Source: Cenarchaeum sp.
GTDB taxonomy: Archaea > Thermoproteota > Nitrososphaeria > Nitrososphaerales > Nitrosopumilaceae
Assembly (NCBI GenBank): GCA_965242695.1
Contig: CBDESU010000001.1
Coordinates: 1,152,001-1,216,000, forward strand
Length of the DNA stretch: 64,000 nucleotides
Direction: 5' to 3'
Of the stretch, positions 44,515 to 55,399 are shown piece after piece. Each line of letters begins with the position of its first letter. The stretch's first letter is position 1. The position numbers and the translations under genes were made by a program. Under the pieces are notes generated by a model. It had not been told where the DNA came from and ran no database searches. It was given only the letters and a program-made list of their open reading frames with translations.

Positions 44515-45576
44515 ATGGGCGGTGCAAAGAGGGGCAGTGCAGGGGCTGGCGGCGGGGGCGCCCCCGGCACGCCCAGGGGCATCGACCCCAAGCTCCTGGC
44601 AGAGGCGGTGGGCGGCGGGGGAGAGTGCCCCGACCTCGCATCCTGCGACGAGTCCGTGCGAAAGAACCCCGGCAGCGCCGCCGCCCACATGAACAGGGGC
44701 CTGGCCCTGGCAGGGGCCGGGCGCATCGACGATGCGCTCGATGCGTTCGGCGAGGCCGTCAAGATCGACCCGTCCATCGCCTCGGCGCACGCAATGCGCG
44801 GCATCCTGTTCATGTTCTCTTCCAGGAACGCCGAGGCCGCCGGCGCGTTCGAGTCGGCCGTCGCGGCGGACCCGGACTACGCGATGGCCCACAAGGGGCT
44901 TGCATCGGCGAGCATGCAGGCCGGCAGGTACAAGGCCGCCGTCAAGTCGCTCGGCGAGGCCGTCCGGCTCGAGCCGTCCAGCGCCGAGGCGCGCATCAGC
45001 CTCGGCAACGCGCTGGCCGAGTCGGGGCGCGACGTAGAGGCCCTCGCATCGTGCGAAGAGGCCGTCCGGCTCGAGCCCCGCAGCCACGAGGCGCGCATGG
45101 CGGCCGGCGGCGCGCTGCTCAACCTGCGCAGGTACAAGAGGGCGCTAGCAGAGTTCACGGCGGCCGCCAGGCTCAGGCCCAAGGAGTCCGAGGCCCACGT
45201 GTGCAGGGGGCGCGCGCTGCTCGGGATGGGAAAGAGCAGGAGGGCGGCCGCGGCGTTCGGCAGGGCCGCAAGGCTGGATCCCGGCAGCGGGCCCGCCCGC
45301 TACGGCCGCGCCCAGGCCTTCCACCGCCTCGGCCTGGAGGAGAGGGCGCTTGCGGCCATCGACAGGGCCGCGGCCATCGGGCCGGACAGCGCGGACATGC
45401 ACCTGCTGCGCGCCGACATACTCTGCGGCCTCGGCAGGGAGGGCGATGCGATCACAGAGTGCGAAGAGGCCGAGAGGATCGACCCCGGCAACTCGATGGC
45501 CACAATGGCGCTAGATGCGCTGCGGGCAGAGGCCGAGCAGGCAATGTCCAAGCGGGCAGGGGGCAGGCGCGCATAG
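44515..45576 (+). CDS. TPR-repeat protein
   Basis: Tandem TPRs and the promoter motif at 44480. Confidence 0.9.
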   Translation: MGGAKRGSAGAGGGGAPGTPRGIDPKLLAEAVGGGGECPDLASCDESVRKNPGSAAAHMNRGLALAGAGRIDDALDAFGEAVKIDPSIASAHAMRGILFMFSSRNAEAAGAFESAVAADPDYAMAHKGLASASMQAGRYKAAVKSLGEAVRLEPSSAEARISLGNALAESGRDVEALASCEEAVRLEPRSHEARMAAGGALLNLRRYKRALAEFTAAARLRPKESEAHVCRGRALLGMGKSRRAAAAFGRAARLDPGSGPARYGRAQAFHRLGLEERALAAIDRAAAIGPDSADMHLLRADILCGLGREGDAITECEEAERIDPGNSMATMALDALRAEAEQAMSKRAGGRRA

Positions 45577-45645
45577 GCCGGCGGCGCGGGCGGGCGGGCG
45601 GGCCGAGGGCAAACGGCATAAAGGGACGCATTCGGCCCGGCCGGC

Positions 45646-46458
45646 ATGGCCGGCGGCGGCTCGGGAGGCGGCGCAGAGGCGGCGGCCGCGCGCGTGTGGG
45701 CCGCGGCGGCGGCGGCGCGGGAGTGCGCCGCGGCGGCGCACATGCTCGCAGCACGGACCGCGTGCCTGCAGGCGCGGGAGGCCATGGCAGAGGCGGCGGC
45801 GGCCGGCATCGACACGGCCGGCGCAGGCGGCAAGATAGTGGGGAGGGACCGCCGAATAAGGCTATCGGCGCTCAAGGATACCGTGGCGGTGCTCGACAGG
45901 GCCGTATGCGCGCAGCGGCGCGCAAGGGCTGCGTTCAGGGAGGCCGCGCGGCGGGCGCGGTCGGCGGCGGCCGAGATGGGGCGCGGCGCCGAGGCGCATG
46001 CGGCGGCAGGGGACGCGCGGCGGGCGCGGACGCTGCGCAGGAGGGCCGTGCGGGCGCGCAGGATGGCCCGAACCGCCTCTGGGCATGCCCGGCTGGCGGC
46101 CAAGGATGCGAGGACGACCCGAAGGGCATCCAAGGGGTGGGCCGCATGCGCTGCCGAGTGGGACGACGGGGGAGAGTGGCCCGGCGACAGGTCGTCGTGG
46201 ACGGGCATGGAGGCCAGTGTGCGGGCAGGCGCCGAGCGCGAGCGGGCATTGTGGCTGGGCAGGGCCGAGAAGGCGGCTGCGGCGCGCGACGCGGCCGCCG
46301 GCGGCATGGAAAGGGCCCTTGCGGCGGCCAAAAATGCCGCCGCCGAGGCCGGGCGGATGCGGCCGCTGCCCTCGGTCGCCAAGGATGCGGCCGCCGCGCT
46401 GGCCGAGGCCACGGATGCGGCCGAGAAGGCGGCAGAGACGTTGCAGGCCTTCGAGTGA
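45646..46458 (+). CDS. Ala/Arg-rich helical hypothetical protein
   Basis: Variant motif AAACGGCATAAAGG 35 nt upstream. Coiled-coil-like composition. Confidence 0.65.
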   Translation: MAGGGSGGGAEAAAARVWAAAAAARECAAAAHMLAARTACLQAREAMAEAAAAGIDTAGAGGKIVGRDRRIRLSALKDTVAVLDRAVCAQRRARAAFREAARRARSAAAEMGRGAEAHAAAGDARRARTLRRRAVRARRMARTASGHARLAAKDARTTRRASKGWAACAAEWDDGGEWPGDRSSWTGMEASVRAGAERERALWLGRAEKAAAARDAAAGGMERALAAAKNAAAEAGRMRPLPSVAKDAAAALAEATDAAEKAAETLQAFE

Positions 46459-46551
46459 TCCCGTCCCGCGCGGCGCGCGGGCGGCTGCGGTCCGTCCGGC
46501 CGCGCAGGGCGGGCCGCATGCCCGGGCAGGCGCCGCCCGGGACCCGGCCGG

Positions 46552-49500
46552 CTACGGCCCGGCGCACAGGACGCTGTACGTGACGCTCTGAGAGATTGCG
46601 CCGCCGGGCGCCGCATCGTACGGCTCTAGGTTGAGCCTGAACCACAGCGTTGCATCGTCCCCGCCGCCGAGCCCGCGCGCCACCGCCGTCCCGTCTCCGA
46701 CCGCGGCGTACTCGCCGTCCCTGCCGTCCTCGCTCACCTCGGATGCGGATGCCGGCAGGCCCGCATGGATGCGCGCGACAAGGGCGGCCGACGCCCTGCC
46801 CTCGCCCCCTCCGGACGCGGGGGCCGGCAGGGACGGGTATCCGGCGCCCGGCGGGGGGCCGGCGTCCGAGGCGGCCCGCCACGGGGACGCCTCGATCTCC
46901 ACGCGCGCAAACGGCGCCGATCCAGAGTTGATCAGAACCTGCTCGACGGGATCCGAGGTGCTGCCGGGCCTCGCAGCGCCGATATCCAGGGTCTGCGACC
47001 CGAGTCCGACCGAGCACGTGTAGCGCGCCGGCGGCGGCGCGCCATTCCCGGACACGACGGTGCCGAACCGCGTCAGGTGGTACGTGTAGATCACCATATC
47101 CTCGCCGTCGTCCGAGTCGATCCGGCACTCGCCCGAGCCGCCGAGGTGGCGGTGGACCCTTTCCGTGTCGTCGGCCGCGCATGCGTCGTCGATCGGCCTC
47201 GGCGCGCCGCCGGCGCCGCCGTCGATGTAGAACGCGCGGCCGCCGGCCTGGCCCTCTAGCGATATGCGGACGGGCTTGCTGAATAGAACGCGGCCGTCCT
47301 CGTCGCCGACCTCTACGATGCTCCGCAGGACGACCGCGCCCGGGCCGCCGTATGCGAGATCCTGTATGGAAGAGTTCGAAGGCGGGCCGTCAGATGCGGC
47401 GACAACGTGCAGTGCGAGCAGGCCGTCGGGCGGAACCGACGTCGCCGTCGCCCCCGGCGGGAACGACACGGATGCGAACGACGTCGACACGACGGCGCCG
47501 CCGGGCGGAAACTGCACGGCTCCGTCCCCGTCGCCGGCTCTCGCCAGGCCCGTCACGTTGATCGTGACGCGGACGTCGTCCCCGCTGTTGGCGAGGTCGC
47601 TCTGGACTGCCACATCGCCCGTCCCGAACACGACCGTTGCGGTGTTTTCGGTGCCATTGCTGCCACCGTCGCCGCTGCCGCCGTTCCCGCCGCCGTTCCC
47701 GCCGTTCCCGCCGTTCCCGCCGCCGTTCCCGCCGCCGTTCCCGCCGCCATCACCACCGTCGCCGCTGCCGCCGTTCCCGCCGTTCCCGCCGCCGTTCCCG
47801 CCGTTCCCGCCGCCATCACCACCGTCGCCGCTGCCGCCGTTCCCGCCGTTCCCGCCGCCGTTCCCGCCGTTCCCGCCGCCATCACCACCGTCGCCGCTGC
47901 CGCCGTTCCCGCCGTTCCCGCCGCCATCACCACCGTCGCCGCTGCCGCCGCTGCTACCGCCGTTCCCGCCGCCTGCGCCGGTGCTGATTGTTATGGAACT
48001 GCCGTACAGCGACGTTTCAGAGCCCGTGTCGGGAAGATCCAGGTCGGCCGGGTTCATGGCCTCGTCCCCGACAGAGCCGCCTCCGGCAGACAGGGCATCC
48101 GTGCCGGTATAGTCCAGGCGGCCCGTGGCGTCGCCTTCCTGCACCGCGTACACGAACGTCAGCCTGCCGGTGCCGCTGCCCGTCGCATAGTGGGCGTTCC
48201 GGTCGATCCTGCCCGTCTCCAGCTCGAGTACTGGGGCGCCCGCCACGTAGACCTCTTCGCTGAACTCGACGGCAACGTGGATCTCGTCCCCGAGGGCGTA
48301 CGTGCCGCTGCCGTTTGGCGACGAGACGGACAGCACGGTCGGCGGCCGGGTGTCGATTCGTATGGCCCCTTGGCTGCCGAGCAGCCCGCCCGCGGCCGGG
48401 TCGGGCAGGGACAGGCTCGCGGCAGGGTTGCCGGCCAGGTCCGTGATCGTGCTGCCGCCGTCGGACAGGGCCCCTGTGCCGGCATATCCAAGGTCGGCCG
48501 CATTGTCGCCCTCTTCCACCGTGTAGGCAAACGACAGGTTTCTGCCGGCGCTGCCGGCCCTGTCGTACTTGGCGGCACGGTCGCCGGCCGCCTCGTCGAG
48601 CCTCAGTGCGATCGACGGCGCATCGGCGCCGGCGTCGACGACCACATCCTCGTCGAACGAGACCGTGATTTGGATGACCGAGCCTGGGCCGTACGCGCCG
48701 CTCGCGTTCGGCGACGAGACGGACTCGGCGGCCGGGGCGACGGTATCCGGTACAATGGCCCTTGCGTGCGAGAGCGAGCCGGGGGCGCGGGGCTCGGGCA
48801 GCCCCAGGTCGACGGCGTTTCCCTGCATGTCGGTTACGGCACCCCTCGAGATCAGGGCGCCTGCGTGCGCGTACTCTAGGACGCCGGCGCTGGAGGCGGG
48901 GGCCGAGTCGCCCGGCATTACCGTGTAGTTGAAGACGAGTGCGTCCGTGCCGTTCCCCGACAGGTACGGCGCGGTCCTGTTCTCGCCATCCAAGGACAGC
49001 AGGAGCGACGGCGGATTCTGCGGATCCTGCAGCACAACGCGCTCGTCGAACGCAACCGTGACGTTGATCGTCGCTCCGGCGGGGTACGAGCCGTTACGTA
49101 TCGGCGAGGACACGCCGGCGACGGACGCCGGCGAGAGCCTGACGAGCTGGACGGCGTCGTCCACCTGCGCGGCGACGAGCGCGTACGTGCGGCCGCCGGC
49201 CTCTAGGACGGCGACGCCCTCTGCGTTGTCAAGGGCGTCGAACCCTCCCCTTTCGTCCCTGGCCGACGCCTCGGCGGCAAGCGTTCCGTCCGCGTTGATG
49301 CGGGCCAGCTGGATGCCGTCGTCCGTGTACGAGGCCACAAGGGCGTACGTCCACCCTCCCATCGCGAACACGGCGGCGTCCGAGGCGCCGCCGAGCGCGT
49401 CAAAGCCGGCGGTTCCGTTGGCAGCCGATCCCGCGTCGACAATGGTGCCGTTTGGCAAGATGTCGACGAGCTGTAGGGCGTGGCCGCCATACGACGGCAC

Positions 49501-51399
49501 GGCGGCGCGCGTGCGGCCGTCCATGTCGAATACGGTGGCACCGGTGGGGCCGAGCATCGAGTCGAATCCGCCCGTGCCGCGCGTGGCCGAGCCGTTGTGC
49601 AGTATTGTTCCGTTCGCAAGTATGCTGACGAGCTGGAGGCTGTCGGCGTCGTGCGAGGCCACGAGGGCGCGGGGCGGGCTGCCTGGGCCGGCGCCGGCCG
49701 CGGCGGCAGACGAGGCGCCGAGCGCATCGACGGCGGCGGCGCCGGCGAGCCTGAACTGGCCGCCGTGCACGGCCGTTCCGTTGCCCGCAAGGGTGCCGTT
49801 CGAGAGGATACTGACGAGCTGGAGGCCGCCGGCGCCGCCGCGCGCGGTCACTAGGATCCTGGCCAGGCCGTCTCCTCCTCCGGCAGGCATGGGCACCGCG
49901 GACGCGCCCGATGCGCGAGCGAGCGCCGGAAGCGCCGCGCTGGTCGCAGAGCCGTTTGCAGAGAGGGTGCCGTTCGGGAGGATGTCGACGAGCTGGATGC
50001 TGTTGCCGTCCTGCGAGGATACGAGGGCGCGCACCATGCCGCCGGCCTCGAACAGGGCGATATCCAAGGGGCGAAACAGGGAAAACCCGCCCCCGTCCGT
50101 GGCCCATCCGCCGGCCGAGAGCGTGCCGTTCGGGTCGATGCGGATCAGCTGGATGCCGTGGTCCGCAGGCGCCGAGCTGCCGGCAGCGGCAACCAGCGCG
50201 TACGCGCTGCCGTTCATGTAGAAAGATGCGACGTCGCTCGCCCCCCTTAGCATGTCGAATCCGTCCCCGTGGACGGCCGAGCCGTTTGCCCTCAGGACCG
50301 GAATGGGCCCTCCCAGCACGCCGATCGAGCTGGAGGCGGCAAGCGATCCCGGATCTCCGGGCTCGGGCAGGGGCAGGGCGTCCGCGGCGATGCCGTTGTC
50401 CGCGTTGGCAATCGTTCCGCCTTCTAGTGATAGGGAGCTTGCACTGGCATAGTCCAGTTGCTCTGCCTCGTCGCCGGGCCGCACCGTGTACAGGAACGAC
50501 AGGCTCGCCGTCCCGTTGCCGCCCGCGTACGTAGCATTCCGCGGCGGATCTGTGTTCAGCATCAGGCGCGGCTCGGCCGTGATCACGGCCGGCTTTTCAA
50601 GGGACACCGTAACGTTGACGATTCGGCCCGTGCCGTACGTCCCGTTCCCGTCGGGCGAGTCCACCGATCGCACGGCCGGCGGCGCGGCGTCGACGACCAC
50701 GTCGGACTCGTACCGGAGGGATCCCGGCGTTCCAGGCGTAGGTAAGTTGCAGGTTACAACGTTGCCCTCCGATCGCAAGGAGGGAGCATGCAGGCTATCC
50801 CAGGCGAGATATCCAAGATCCTGCGAGATGTCGCCGGACAGCACGGTGTAACGGTAGTACAGCACGTCGCCGCCCGTCTTGTTGAGAAACTCGGCCGACC
50901 TGTCAGGTATGCTCATAGCTAGGTAGGTGTGGTTCAAGGGGCCAGCACTGGTGGGGTTGAAATGGACAGTCAGATGAGACAAGTTTACGGCCACGTTGTC
51001 GGGACGGTAAAAGGAGATGCGTATATCTATGTTGTCGCCCAACCCGTACGTTCCGTTGGGCACATCAAACCGTATTTCCTGGACACGGCCATTCGAGGTC
51101 GGTGTGAATATACCCGCGATAGAGCCGCAGGACTCAAGGTGATCTGCATACGCATCCTTCAATGCGGGAGGGTACCACGTTGGCATCCACAGGGGCGGCT
51201 CCGCTATAGATCCGGTACGAACCACCTGTTGCAGTGACCCCGCCTCGCCATGCGGCGGCGCCTGCGCCAGTGCAACCGCCAGTACGATCGCAACAGACAG
51301 GGAGACAGCTAGCGGCGCCAGTCGGCTACTGCTCCGGCCGGCAGAGGTCGGACGGAGCCCGGCCGCGCCATTCCGTAACCGGCTCCCCCCCCCCCGCAT
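46552..51399 (-). CDS. Large surface protein (~1615 aa), paralogous in domain content to the giant protein
   Basis: Hydrophobic signal LAVSLSVAIVLAVALAQA, Ig-like SPNGTY/GNGT modules, propeller-like blades (YALV..GIQLIRI), a Gly/Asn linker and a C-terminal YTYHLTRF domain. Confidence 0.9.
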   Translation of the reverse strand: MRGGGSRLRNGAAGLRPTSAGRSSSRLAPLAVSLSVAIVLAVALAQAPPHGEAGSLQQVVRTGSIAEPPLWMPTWYPPALKDAYADHLESCGSIAGIFTPTSNGRVQEIRFDVPNGTYGLGDNIDIRISFYRPDNVAVNLSHLTVHFNPTSAGPLNHTYLAMSIPDRSAEFLNKTGGDVLYYRYTVLSGDISQDLGYLAWDSLHAPSLRSEGNVVTCNLPTPGTPGSLRYESDVVVDAAPPAVRSVDSPDGNGTYGTGRIVNVTVSLEKPAVITAEPRLMLNTDPPRNATYAGGNGTASLSFLYTVRPGDEAEQLDYASASSLSLEGGTIANADNGIAADALPLPEPGDPGSLAASSSIGVLGGPIPVLRANGSAVHGDGFDMLRGASDVASFYMNGSAYALVAAAGSSAPADHGIQLIRIDPNGTLSAGGWATDGGGFSLFRPLDIALFEAGGMVRALVSSQDGNSIQLVDILPNGTLSANGSATSAALPALARASGASAVPMPAGGGDGLARILVTARGGAGGLQLVSILSNGTLAGNGTAVHGGQFRLAGAAAVDALGASSAAAAGAGPGSPPRALVASHDADSLQLVSILANGTILHNGSATRGTGGFDSMLGPTGATVFDMDGRTRAAVPSYGGHALQLVDILPNGTIVDAGSAANGTAGFDALGGASDAAVFAMGGWTYALVASYTDDGIQLARINADGTLAAEASARDERGGFDALDNAEGVAVLEAGGRTYALVAAQVDDAVQLVRLSPASVAGVSSPIRNGSYPAGATINVTVAFDERVVLQDPQNPPSLLLSLDGENRTAPYLSGNGTDALVFNYTVMPGDSAPASSAGVLEYAHAGALISRGAVTDMQGNAVDLGLPEPRAPGSLSHARAIVPDTVAPAAESVSSPNASGAYGPGSVIQITVSFDEDVVVDAGADAPSIALRLDEAAGDRAAKYDRAGSAGRNLSFAYTVEEGDNAADLGYAGTGALSDGGSTITDLAGNPAASLSLPDPAAGGLLGSQGAIRIDTRPPTVLSVSSPNGSGTYALGDEIHVAVEFSEEVYVAGAPVLELETGRIDRNAHYATGSGTGRLTFVYAVQEGDATGRLDYTGTDALSAGGGSVGDEAMNPADLDLPDTGSETSLYGSSITISTGAGGGNGGSSGGSGDGGDGGGNGGNGGSGDGGDGGGNGGNGGGNGGNGGSGDGGDGGGNGGNGGGNGGNGGSGDGGDGGGNGGGNGGGNGGNGGNGGGNGGSGDGGSNGTENTATVVFGTGDVAVQSDLANSGDDVRVTINVTGLARAGDGDGAVQFPPGGAVVSTSFASVSFPPGATATSVPPDGLLALHVVAASDGPPSNSSIQDLAYGGPGAVVLRSIVEVGDEDGRVLFSKPVRISLEGQAGGRAFYIDGGAGGAPRPIDDACAADDTERVHRHLGGSGECRIDSDDGEDMVIYTYHLTRFGTVVSGNGAPPPARYTCSVGLGSQTLDIGAARPGSTSDPVEQVLINSGSAPFARVEIEASPWRAASDAGPPPGAGYPSLPAPASGGGEGRASAALVARIHAGLPASASEVSEDGRDGEYAAVGDGTAVARGLGGGDDATLWFRLNLEPYDAAPGGAISQSVTYSVLCAGP
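47660..47975 (-). repeat. Gly/Asn-rich linker with 63-bp tandem units (GGSGDGGDGGGNGGNGGGNGG)
   Basis: Directly visible ccgccgttc reiteration. Confidence 0.9.
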
Positions 51400-51547
51400 T
51401 GCGCCGCAGGGGGCACGCGGCCGTCCTGCCTGCGGTCGGCGCCTTCACGATCACGGCTTGGCGCCCGGCGCCACGATAATAAAGATGACGCCCGGCGCCT
51501 CCGCCTCCCGCACACCGCATAAATCCGGCCCGGCCCGCGCCGGACAG

Positions 51548-52942
51548 GTGGGCGGCGCGGAATCGGGCGGCAGCGGGGAGGATGCGCCCGAGGGACAGGC
51601 CCCGGCCGATGCCGGCGGCGGCGCGGAATCGGGCGGCGCGGCTGTGGGTACAGGGGATGCCGCCGCCCGCGACAGGCGCGGCTGGGAGCTGCTCGAGGCG
51701 GGCCGCGACGACGAGGCGTTCGCCGAGTTTGGCGAGGCCGTCCGCCTGGATCCCGGCAGCACGAAGAGGCGCGTGGACCTCGCCAAGCTGCTGCACGTCA
51801 GGGGGCGCAGCGAAGAGGCGCTGGCCGTGCTCGCCGACGCCGCCCGGCTCGAGGGCGCCGGCACAGAGGCCCTGCTCCACCGCGGCTATATCCTCATGGA
51901 GATGTCGCTGCACGGCAGGGCCGTGCGCGACTTCAAGGCGGCCATAGGGCGCAGGCCCGGCGGCGCCGACGCCCACGTGTGGCTTGGGGTCGCGTACGGG
52001 CACATGGGCCGCCGCAAGAGCGCCGCCGCCTCGATAGAGAGGGGCCTGCGGCTGGACCCGCGCAACCCGCACGCGCACGTGGCGCACGGCAGGGTGCTGT
52101 TCGGGGCCGGCCGCGCCGCCGATGCCATCGCCGCCTACGACAGGGCGATCCGCATCGACTCCTCCCTGCCCGACGCCCACGACGGGAGGGGCCACGCGCT
52201 GTACATGGACGGGCAGGTCAAAAGTGCGCTCGCCGCGTTCAGGAGGGCCGTGCGGCTCGATCCCGGCATGGCCACCGCGCACCTTGGAATGGGGTACGCG
52301 CTGTACACGACGGGGCGGGGCAGGAGGGCGCTCGCCGCGTTCAAGAAGGCCGCGCGCCTCGATCCCGGCAGATCCGCCGCGCACCTTGGAATGGGCAAGG
52401 CGCTGCTCGGCCTTGGCAGGGACAGGAGGGCGCTCGCGGCGTTCAGGAGGGCCGCCAGGATCGAGCCGCGCCTGGCCGCCGCGCACCTTGGAATGGGCAG
52501 GGCGCTGCTCGGCCTTGGCAGGGACAGGAGGGCGCTCGCCGTCCTGGGCAGGGCCGCGGCCCTGGATCCGGACGGCAGGGACGCGCGGCTCCTGCTCGGC
52601 GGGGCCCTTGCGGACGAGGGGCGGCACAGGGAGGCGCTCGCCGAGTTTGGCGAGGCCGTGCGGATCGACCCGGGGAGCGCGGCGGCGCACTGCGGGCGCA
52701 GCGGCGGCCTGGCCGCCCTTGGCAGGCACGCAGAGGCGCTTGCGGCGGCCGACGAGGCCGCGCGGATCGCCCCTGGGAGCGCGCGCGTTCACGCGGCCCG
52801 CGCCATCGCGCTGGCAGGGACGGGACGTGCGGAAGAGGCCCGCGCGGCCCTCGGCGAGGCGGAGCGGCTGGACCCGGACGGCGGCGATGCGGCAAAGGCG
52901 CGCAGGGTGTTGGACGAGGCGGCCGTGTCGGGCCGGTCCTAG
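51548..52942 (+). CDS. TPR-repeat protein (GTG start)
   Basis: The motif at 51512 places the start at in-frame GTG 51548. Tandem TPRs. Confidence 0.88.
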   Translation: MGGAESGGSGEDAPEGQAPADAGGGAESGGAAVGTGDAAARDRRGWELLEAGRDDEAFAEFGEAVRLDPGSTKRRVDLAKLLHVRGRSEEALAVLADAARLEGAGTEALLHRGYILMEMSLHGRAVRDFKAAIGRRPGGADAHVWLGVAYGHMGRRKSAAASIERGLRLDPRNPHAHVAHGRVLFGAGRAADAIAAYDRAIRIDSSLPDAHDGRGHALYMDGQVKSALAAFRRAVRLDPGMATAHLGMGYALYTTGRGRRALAAFKKAARLDPGRSAAHLGMGKALLGLGRDRRALAAFRRAARIEPRLAAAHLGMGRALLGLGRDRRALAVLGRAAALDPDGRDARLLLGGALADEGRHREALAEFGEAVRIDPGSAAAHCGRSGGLAALGRHAEALAAADEAARIAPGSARVHAARAIALAGTGRAEEARAALGEAERLDPDGGDAAKARRVLDEAAVSGRS

Positions 52943-53156
52943 GGGCCGGCGGCCGTGGGAGGCTGCCGGAAGGCTGTGCAGTGCGGCAGGAGTGCAGGGC
53001 GCGGCATCCGGGGCGATCCGGCGCAGGGGCGCCATGGCAACGCCCTTTGTCCGGGATGCGTTCCGCCCGACGGGCAGGGACAGGCCGCGGCCGCGTGCGG
53101 CCCCTCCGGCGCCTCCCCGCCGCACGGCATAAATCCCGCTCGCATGGCCCGATCGC

Positions 53157-55391
53157 ATGGGCGGCAAGGCGGCAGGGGAGGAGTCGGGCGCCGGAACGGC
53201 TCGAGGGCCAGCCAAGAGGGGCGCGGATGCAATGGCACGGGGCGCGCACAAAGAGGCGCTGGCCGCGTACGAAGAGGCCGTGCGGACAGACCCCGGCGAT
53301 GCCAGGGGGCATGAGGGGCGCGGCGCGGCGCTGCTCGGCCTCGACCGCGGCAAAAAGTCGCTGGCCGCGTACGAAGAGGCCGTGCGGCTGGATCCAAAGA
53401 GCGCCGCGGCCCATGCCGGGCGCGGCGCGGCCCTCCTCAGGACCGGCCGCAAAAAGGAGGCGCTGGCCGCGTACGAAGAGGCGGCGCGGCTGGACCCCGG
53501 GGACGCCGACGTGCACGGGCGCCGCGGCACGATCCTGGACATCATGGGCCGCGGCAAAGAGGCCGCCGAGGCGTACGGCGAGGCGGCGCGGCTGGACCCG
53601 AACGACGCCGACCGGCATGCGAACCACGGCTACGCCCTGTCCGAGATGGATCGGCACGAAGAGGCGCTCGCCGCGTACGACAGGGCGCTGCGGCTGGACC
53701 CCGGCAACCCCGACAGGATCGAGGCGCGCGGCGCATCCCTGTTCGACCTGGGCCGCGCCGACGAGGCCGTCGAGTCGTTCGAGGAGGCAAGGAGGCTGGA
53801 CCCCGAAAGCGCGGCCAGGCATGTCGGGCGCGCCGAGACCATGGCGATGTACGGCCGCCGCGAAGAGGCCGTCGAGGCGTACGGCGAGGCGGCGCGGCTA
53901 GAGCCCGACGACGCCGAGAGGCACTCGGATCTGGGCGGGGCGCTGCTCGAGGCCGGCCGCCACGAAGAGGCGCTCGCCGCGTACGAAGAGGCCGTGCGGA
54001 TCGACCCCGGCAGCGCCCATGCGCATACCGAGCGCGGCGCGGCGCTGTCGTGGCTCGGCCGCGACGAAGAGTCGCTCGCCGCGTACGAAGAGGCCGTGCG
54101 GATCGACCCAAAGGGGTACGCAGGCCACGAGGGCCGCGGCGCGGCCCTCTCCAAGCTTGGCAGGGAAAAAAAGGCGCTCGCCGCGCTCGACAGGGCGCTG
54201 CGGCTCAACCCGGACAGCGCCGTGTGCCACGAGGAGCGCGGAGGGGCGCTGCACAGCCTCGGCCGCAAAAAAGAGGCGCTCGCCGCATTCGACAGGGCGG
54301 TCAAGCTGCCCGGCTGCCGCCCCTCGGCCCGCCTGCTGCGCGGCACCGTCCTCCTGTCCCTTGGGAGGCACGCCGAGGCCGCGCGAGACCTAGAGGCGGC
54401 CGCATCGGCCGAGCCAGGCGATGCAAAGGCCCGCCTGCTGCTCGGGATCGCGTACAAGGGGGGCGGCCGCGGCAAAAAGGCGCTCGCCGCGCTCGGCGAG
54501 GCGGTCCGGCTTGATCCGCGCGACGCCCACGCAAGGATTGCGCGGGGAAAGTCGCTGCTCGATGCGGGCAGGCACAAGAGGGCGCTTGCCGAGTACTCCG
54601 AGGCCGCGCGCCTAGGCGGCTCGGATGCGGCGGCCCACGAGGGAAGGGGCCGCGCGCTGCTCGCCGCCGGCAGGCACAAGAGGGCGCTTGCCGCATTCGA
54701 CAGGGCGGTGCGGCTTGATCCCGAGATGGCCCAGGCCCACGGCGGAAGGGGAATGGCGCTGTTTGCAGCCGGCAGGTACAAGAGGGCGCTTGCCGCATTC
54801 GACAGGGCGGTGCGGCTTGATCCAAGTATGGCCCAGGCCCACGGCGGAAGGGGGGCCGCGCTGCTCGCCGCCGGCAGGAACAAGAGGGCGCTTGCCGCGC
54901 TCGACAGGGCAGAGTCGCTGGATCCCGGGATCGCCGACGTCCACTTCATGCGCGCCACGGCCCTTACAGGGCTGGATCGCTACGAAGAGGCGCTCGCGGC
55001 GCTCGACAGGGCAGAGTCGCTGGATCCCGGCATCGATGGAATGCGCCTTGCCAGGGCGTCCGTCCTCAGCGGCATGGGCCGGCACGGGGAGGCGCTCGCG
55101 GCGCTCGACGCCATGCTGCGGGCGGACGGGGACGACGCGGCGGCCCACTACCAGCGCGGCATGACCCTCCTCGAGATTGGCAGGGGGGACGAGGCGCTAG
55201 CGGCGCTCGACGAGTCCGAGAGGATCAAGCCCGGTATTGGGCAGGTGGCCTGCGGGCGCGCCCTGGCCCTTGAAAGCCTCGGCCGGCACGGGGAGGCCCT
55301 GGCAGAGGTCGAGAGGGCCGCGCGGATCGATCCCGACGACGGGACGATCGCGGCGGTTCGCGGCGGGCTGGAGAGGCGGCGCGGCGGCTGA
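53157..55391 (+). CDS. Long TPR-repeat protein (~20 repeats)
   Basis: Continuous 34-aa periodicity. Motif at 53122. Confidence 0.92.
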   Translation: MGGKAAGEESGAGTARGPAKRGADAMARGAHKEALAAYEEAVRTDPGDARGHEGRGAALLGLDRGKKSLAAYEEAVRLDPKSAAAHAGRGAALLRTGRKKEALAAYEEAARLDPGDADVHGRRGTILDIMGRGKEAAEAYGEAARLDPNDADRHANHGYALSEMDRHEEALAAYDRALRLDPGNPDRIEARGASLFDLGRADEAVESFEEARRLDPESAARHVGRAETMAMYGRREEAVEAYGEAARLEPDDAERHSDLGGALLEAGRHEEALAAYEEAVRIDPGSAHAHTERGAALSWLGRDEESLAAYEEAVRIDPKGYAGHEGRGAALSKLGREKKALAALDRALRLNPDSAVCHEERGGALHSLGRKKEALAAFDRAVKLPGCRPSARLLRGTVLLSLGRHAEAARDLEAAASAEPGDAKARLLLGIAYKGGGRGKKALAALGEAVRLDPRDAHARIARGKSLLDAGRHKRALAEYSEAARLGGSDAAAHEGRGRALLAAGRHKRALAAFDRAVRLDPEMAQAHGGRGMALFAAGRYKRALAAFDRAVRLDPSMAQAHGGRGAALLAAGRNKRALAALDRAESLDPGIADVHFMRATALTGLDRYEEALAALDRAESLDPGIDGMRLARASVLSGMGRHGEALAALDAMLRADGDDAAAHYQRGMTLLEIGRGDEALAALDESERIKPGIGQVACGRALALESLGRHGEALAEVERAARIDPDDGTIAAVRGGLERRRGG

Positions 55392-55399
55392 CCGTGCGG

